The notes under the pieces were generated by a model. It had not been told where the DNA came from. It did no database searches and worked only from the letters and a program-made list of their open reading frames with translations. Shown here piece after piece: positions 62,601-64,000 of a DNA stretch of 64,000 nucleotides. Every line of letters begins with the position of its first letter. Positions within the stretch are counted from its first letter, which is position 1. This DNA is from Amphiscolops sp. MND2022 (Eukaryota). Location of the stretch: assembly GCA_964187785.1 (NCBI GenBank), contig OZ076409.1:46688001-46752000 (forward strand), read 5' to 3'. The translations under genes were made by a program, and so were the position numbers.

Positions 62601-63960
62601 GCTCAAAAATGCATAACCTAATTTAGAGAATTAACGACAAAGTCTGGGATGGTCAACGAAGTCTTTACAGTCAGTTTATGGCCAGTCAAAAATGGTGAGA
62701 CTTTTATTAGTTGTGCTACCTAGGTAATTTATATCGATAAAATAAAATTTTAAGTTGAGTGCAGTAGAAAACAAGCCGGGAACGGCCAAACTCGGCGCTG
62801 TATCTAAGACTCAAAAAGCGCAAAGTTTCTAAAATACGCCAGCAAATTTTTATGAAAAGCTTTGGAAACTGTTCCAAGACGCCCAAAGGGTGCCTTTCAT
62901 ACTCGATAAGATTCGGAAACCACTTTTCCCGGAAACAAAATTTTTTTGGATACAAGCAGTTTAGAAAAATGTTACATGGAAAAAACGCCAGTCTTAAAAA
63001 AAAAACAAAATTCAGATATAGCCTGCTGATTTTAATGATCATTTTGGAAAATCTCACAATGCCAAAATTTGGAAAAAAGGGGAACCCTTTGGAATTTTGA
63101 AAATCCAATTTGTTGCAAAATATCAAAAAAGTGAAGGGGACCCTTTGGAGACATTAAAAATTTTTTCGAGACATCAAAAAATGAATCTTTTGAATGGCTT
63201 CAGAGTGCCAAAAAATGTAAAATGGTGGATCCTTTGGGATTTATTGACATTCATTCTGTTGTAAAATATAAAATTGAAGCGGGACCCTTTGGTGCAATTG
63301 AAAATTTTTCGGAAAAAAGTCTCATAGTGTCGAAAAAATCTAAGTCATAAAAACCAAGGTAGCCAAAGAGGGGATCCTCAGTATGTTGTCGAAGTTCTGG
63401 ACGGTTTTTTGGTTTTGGTTTTTTGCTTTGGACGTGGCTCTGACGTTTCGAGTTCCAGTATGTTTTGAACCTTCAAGTTGTTGAACAATTGAACAAAAAG
63501 TGGACCTTACGCGTCTAAAAAAACTACCCATTGTAGTAAATTATTTAAAAAGCGCCGACTAAAAACTCAGTTCAGTAAAAAATCAACTTTCATGTACATA
63601 CCTTACTTCTGCTGGTTTTCAGGTGCAAACTTTTCACGATTTCCAATAAAATCAATCTGCTTCCCAATTATTCATTTCATTCCTAACCGAAGATATATTG
63701 TGATGATTTGTGGAACTAATTGGGAAAAAATGAAAACTTTCTCAAGAAAAAACGGTAAGGGGTAAATATTTTCCAAATGATGCAAAATAGATGATACATA
63801 CCTGGGCAGTGTGAAAAAAATTGAGAGTAGCTGCAATCTGTCGGGTAACATGAGGACATATGGGGCCAAACACGAACAGCTGGCTGTCAGAAGAAACTCT
63901 GTCTCTCTGCTTTTTGGAGAAAAATCGAAAAAGCTGTCTGGTCCCTTCATCCACCTGGCA
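508..63960 (-). CDS. GABBR2-like: GABA-B receptor-like class C GPCR (GABA-B2/R3-like), partial; 8 exons in window, join(63802-63960,25966-26145,24785-24889,24547-24615,22650-22853,12320-12593,11888-11965,508-803)
   Basis: Eight AG/GT-bounded exons with compatible phases splice to 1365 nt / 455 aa without a stop. Motifs are collinear with GABBR2: [83 protein letters not shown]. Most intron positions match my recollection of vertebrate GABBR2. Orthology to GABBR2 itself is not established. Confidence 0.9.
3686..3816 (-). repeat. Copia 3' LTR (recognisable part)
   Basis: Direct repeat of 8001-8124 (atcaataaag..tccggagtt..tttcgtctaaattttgagct..taagattt); starts TG immediately after the PPT. Confidence 0.75.
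8001..8124 (-). repeat. Copia 5' LTR (recognisable part)
   Basis: Diverged direct repeat of 3686-3816 lying upstream of gag. Confidence 0.75.
10012..10502 (+). mobile_element. Non-autonomous Helentron/HINE-like element, family A
   Basis: T-run then AGTCGGCGC at the 5' end; its inverse GCGCCGACT near the 3' end, followed by hairpin GCCGG-tc-CCGGC and CTTGTT; internal tandem aagggtccccc...cggcattgtgagact units; no TSD; further copies at 19998, 47888 and 62770. Confidence 0.75.
11888..11965 (-). CDS. GABBR2-like: GABA-B-like receptor exon ((D)SHLKLMGVFSSIEVQYINISQPYWK(S))
   Basis: Acceptor ccaatttcag, donor GTTAGT; 78 nt, phase 1/1; exactly bridges the 12320 exon to the 803 exon, giving W-K-S-G-K-P-P-N-D. 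Confidence 0.82.
12320..12593 (-). CDS. GABBR2-like: GABA-B-like receptor exon (SKVPDK...HYAYESVMKA...LTGKLDIFQYNE)
   Basis: Acceptor ttgttgttgtag, donor GTACTT; 274 nt, phase 0/1; YAYE resembles YAYD; G..DIFQY ends the VFT strand. Confidence 0.82.
13405..13649. repeat. Fold-back / MITE-like inverted repeat (~90-bp arms)
   Basis: cgaatggggtttgccatggtttcgtaaaag...gagtttagtttagt is the imperfect reverse complement of accaaactaaactc...cttttacgaaaccacggcgaccccattcg. Confidence 0.8.
15008..15276 (+). repeat. Possible solo LTR
   Basis: TGTAACG...AACTACA termini with near-TSD ctca/ctcc; the tgtaacgatgg start also recurs at 14927. Confidence 0.4.
15650..17040 (+). mobile_element. Degenerate BEL/Pao LTR retrotransposon pol remnant (RNase H/integrase region)
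   Basis: IPWRFNPVAAPHNGGSWKRMINSCK, EVLQTLFCLVEQF, DPTELEILTPNNYFL and LERYISCGDLVHTTVYI are typical of BEL/Pao; heavily frameshifted. Confidence 0.8.
18950..19908 (+). mobile_element. CMC/EnSpm-type MITE (family C)
   Basis: TIR (t)CCAGGTCGACCCTC...GAGGGTCAACCCGGG, 2-bp flanks aa/aa, subterminal AAGATCTTGGC tandem repeats; full-length inverted copy at 57920-58876. Confidence 0.8.
19998..20428 (+). mobile_element. HINE-like family A copy (5'-truncated)
   Basis: Collinear with 10048-10502; ends tttttgagccttggatatggcgcccacttgcgcccgtcccggcttgtt. Confidence 0.75.
21130..21930. repeat. Degenerate tandem repeat (~200-270 bp period)
   Basis: Recurring ttctaacccac/gaaatct and tgcatagct motifs near 21160, 21335, 21608 and 21825. 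Confidence 0.4.
22650..22853 (-). CDS. GABBR2-like: GABA-B-like receptor exon (ADELDLITPRHQWVLG...LLRGAFVINIHDSQQ)
   Basis: Acceptor ttgtgtgtag, donor GTAAGG; 204 nt, phase 0/0; similar to AYEENMYGSKYQWIIPG...AMEGYIGV. Confidence 0.88.
23223..24504. mobile_element. Older CMC/EnSpm-type MITE containing a nested MITE
   Basis: Degenerate termini (t)CCTCCGATG...CAAACAAGGG with AT/AT flanks and subterminal tcttgcaa repeats at both ends. Confidence 0.5.
23499..24039. mobile_element. CMC/EnSpm-type MITE (nested)
   Basis: Perfect 19-bp TIR CCCAGTGTAAAAACTCTTG / CAAGAGTTTTTACACTGGG, 2-bp TSD tt/tt, internal tcttg/caaga repeats. Confidence 0.85.
24547..24615 (-). CDS. GABBR2-like: GABA-B-like receptor exon ([23 protein letters not shown])
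   Basis: Acceptor tctgtttcag, donor GTAAGA; 69 nt, phase 0/0; matches the DVRIILGQFD..A.KVFC motif. Confidence 0.9.
24785..24889 (-). CDS. GABBR2-like: GABA-B-like receptor exon (ARSTLSNKFLAEKVDSTSFLFKTHQDIWAMLLEIK)
   Basis: Acceptor ttggtttcag, donor GTTAGT; 105 nt, phase 0/0; right size and position for the exon between FSE and the RIII strand. Confidence 0.82.
25966..26145 (-). CDS. GABBR2-like: GABA-B-like receptor exon ([26 protein letters not shown]...NVFSE)
   Basis: Acceptor ttcattggcag, donor GTGTGT; 180 nt, phase 0/0; ANF-receptor/VFT motif P..SD...YP...R..PS. Confidence 0.92.
26356..26394. repeat. (TA)n microsatellite within the LINE 3' UTR
   Basis: Directly visible. Confidence 0.95.
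26483..29295 (-). pseudogene. LINE ORF2 (APE endonuclease + reverse transcriptase) with one in-frame TAA (29017-29019) and a C-terminal frameshift; longest open part 26533-28983 (816 aa)
   Basis: MNIRSL, LTET, GGVAFY, GDFNID, SDHY (APE); NYRPISLL, QFGFR, DLKKAFDT, GVPQGSVLGP, FADD, YLGV (RT). ORFs 29017-29295 and 26533-28983 are in the same frame. The frameshifted end LYIVDNKDLFNLFF* matches the end of the 49190 copy. Confidence 0.92.
30646..30882 (+). repeat. 5' LTR of Gypsy copy 1
   Basis: TG...CA, followed by a PBS; similar to the LTRs of copy 2. Confidence 0.9.
30646..35394 (+). mobile_element. Ty3/Gypsy (Mag-like) LTR retrotransposon, copy 1; RT and most of the 3' LTR deleted
   Basis: 5' LTR TGTCA...GAACA (30646-30882), PBS TGGCGCAGTC, gag with CNKCGKKGHYAKAC, protease IDTGS, RNase H, integrase (GNGAVERAIQTLK); 5-bp TSD ATTTG at 30641-30645 and 35395-35399. 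Confidence 0.93.
38559..38619. repeat. (AG)n microsatellite
   Basis: Directly visible. Confidence 0.97.
40796..41085 (+). mobile_element. HINE-like family B element with an internal tRNA-like segment
   Basis: 5' TATTTTCCGC plus a palindrome, tagt/gact microrepeats, tRNA-like A/B boxes at ~40972-41030, 3' inverse subTIR, CCCG..CGGG hairpin and CTTGTT; four copies in the window. Confidence 0.72.
41445..41614 (+). mobile_element. HINE-like family B copy (3'-truncated within the tRNA-like part)
   Basis: ttttccgcccacatataatggggcaggaaaatcat ... gtagcgcagttggtagtgcg. Confidence 0.7.
41995..42207 (+). repeat. 5' LTR of Gypsy copy 2
   Basis: TG...CA; about 19 mismatches to the 3' LTR by manual count. 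Confidence 0.93.
47324..47536 (+). repeat. 3' LTR of Gypsy copy 2
   Basis: Follows the PPT; TG...CA; followed by TSD CCCCC. Confidence 0.93.
47888..49032 (-). mobile_element. HINE-like family A composite (an A2 element with a nested A1 element at ~48548-48973)
   Basis: Begins aacaagtcgagaacggccaaagtcggcgc (inverse of the 3' hairpin end); two gcgccgactaaaaa termini (~48966 and ~49018); outer part collinear with 62770-63565, inner part with 10012-10400. Confidence 0.72.
49190..50876 (+). mobile_element. CR1/L2-group LINE, 5'-truncated (RT half of ORF2; one frameshift at ~50285)
   Basis: ORFs 49091-50299 and 50244-50678 are highly similar to the 26533-28983 protein; structured 3' UTR; AATAAA and (ACTT)n tail. 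Confidence 0.93.
52800..56021 (+). mobile_element. Old degenerate CR1/L2-group LINE (APE+RT remnant)
   Basis: ILGFNIRSL, TETWL, SCLDH, SDHY, QYGFR, PQG and MFYNSFAK fragments in order; 3' stem-loop and AATAAA at ~56016. Confidence 0.85.
57088..57175 (-). mobile_element. HINE-like family A 3'-end fragment
   Basis: aagccaggagcggcataagtcggagcc..taaggctcaaaaattgc..acttcaaagtg matches the reverse complement of the family A end. Confidence 0.55.
57520..57806 (+). mobile_element. HINE-like family B copy
   Basis: ggaaaatcatattctgtg...tagcacagtttgtagtgcatctgcctggcagactggaggtcgtgggttcgaaccc...gcggaaaatatcccggtgcttagcgggcgtcttgtt. Confidence 0.72.
57920..58876 (-). mobile_element. CMC/EnSpm-type MITE (family C), full copy
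   Basis: TIR CCCGGGTTGACCCTC...GAGGGTCGACCCGGG, TSD tt/tt; reverse-complement homolog of 18950-19908. Confidence 0.85.
59071..59293. repeat. Fold-back MITE-like inverted repeat (~90-bp arms, ~43-bp spacer)
   Basis: attcagtttcc...aaaaagttccacatcgtaaaaactccacattgaagac versus gtcttcaatgtggagtttttacgatgtggaactttt...ggaaactgaat. Confidence 0.85.
59612..59870 (+). mobile_element. HINE-like family B copy
   Basis: tattttccgcccacatataatggg...ggttcgaaccc...gcggaaaatatcccggttcttagcggg. Confidence 0.72.
59990..60372 (-). mobile_element. Degenerate LINE RT fragment
   Basis: Reverse strand retains KQFGFRE and a DLK..FD.VDH-like motif, similar to the other LINE copies. Confidence 0.6.
60384..61103 (+). 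mobile_element. Family C MITE, 5'-truncated copy
   Basis: Collinear with 19245-19908; ends gctagtaagggggtgaacccggg. Confidence 0.8.
61593..61793 (-). repeat. Solo LTR (slightly truncated) of the Mag-like Gypsy family
   Basis: tgttctattctacta...tttgtgaaccgaaactcggcggaggtcaggaaccggaat is the reverse complement of the Gypsy LTR ends. Confidence 0.8.
61814..62248. mobile_element. hAT-type MITE
   Basis: TIR CTGGGGTGTGG / CCACACCCCAG, perfect 8-bp TSD ATAATCGG (61806-61813, 62249-62256), subterminal TACGGTT repeats. Confidence 0.88.
62770..63565 (-). mobile_element. HINE-like family A (A2) element
   Basis: aacaagccgggaacggccaaactcggcgc ... agcgccgactaaaaa; internal ggggaccctttgg repeats. Confidence 0.75.
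63802..63960 (-). CDS. GABBR2-like: GABA-B-like receptor exon (VFT lobe 1: CQVDEGTRQLF...[23 protein letters not shown])
   Basis: Acceptor tttgcttcag, donor GTATGT; 159 nt, phase 0/0; similar to GABBR2 CDNAKGLKAF...FGGVCPSVTSIIAESL. Confidence 0.9.
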
Positions 63961-64000
63961 CTGAAGCAAAGAATCAGGTGCGTGATATAAAGAAACCATT

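Overview
AT-rich eukaryotic (metazoan, probably invertebrate) genomic DNA. The whole window lies inside one minus-strand gene encoding a class C GPCR of the GABA-B receptor family (GABA-B2/R3-like). Eight exons were reconstructed by eye (63802-63960, 25966-26145, 24785-24889, 24547-24615, 22650-22853, 12320-12593, 11888-11965, 508-803). All have AG/GT boundaries with matching phases, and they splice into one open 455-aa frame covering most of the Venus-flytrap domain, TM1 and TM2. The 5' and 3' ends of the gene lie outside the window. The introns (up to 37.7 kb) are filled with transposable elements: a decayed Ty1/Copia, two related Mag-like Ty3/Gypsy proviruses with 5-bp TSDs plus a solo LTR, a BEL/Pao remnant, four CR1/L2-group LINE copies (one nearly intact), CMC/EnSpm-type and hAT-type MITEs, fold-back MITEs, and two families with Helentron/HINE (DINE-1-like) architecture. 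One HINE-like family carries an internal tRNA-derived segment. Other notable observations are a covarying RNA structure in the LINE 3' UTRs, a ~300-aa unexplained insert in Gypsy pol, a templated-insertion repair scar at a deleted LTR, and loss of GABA-binding residues in the receptor. All calls come from manual reading; no database searches were run.
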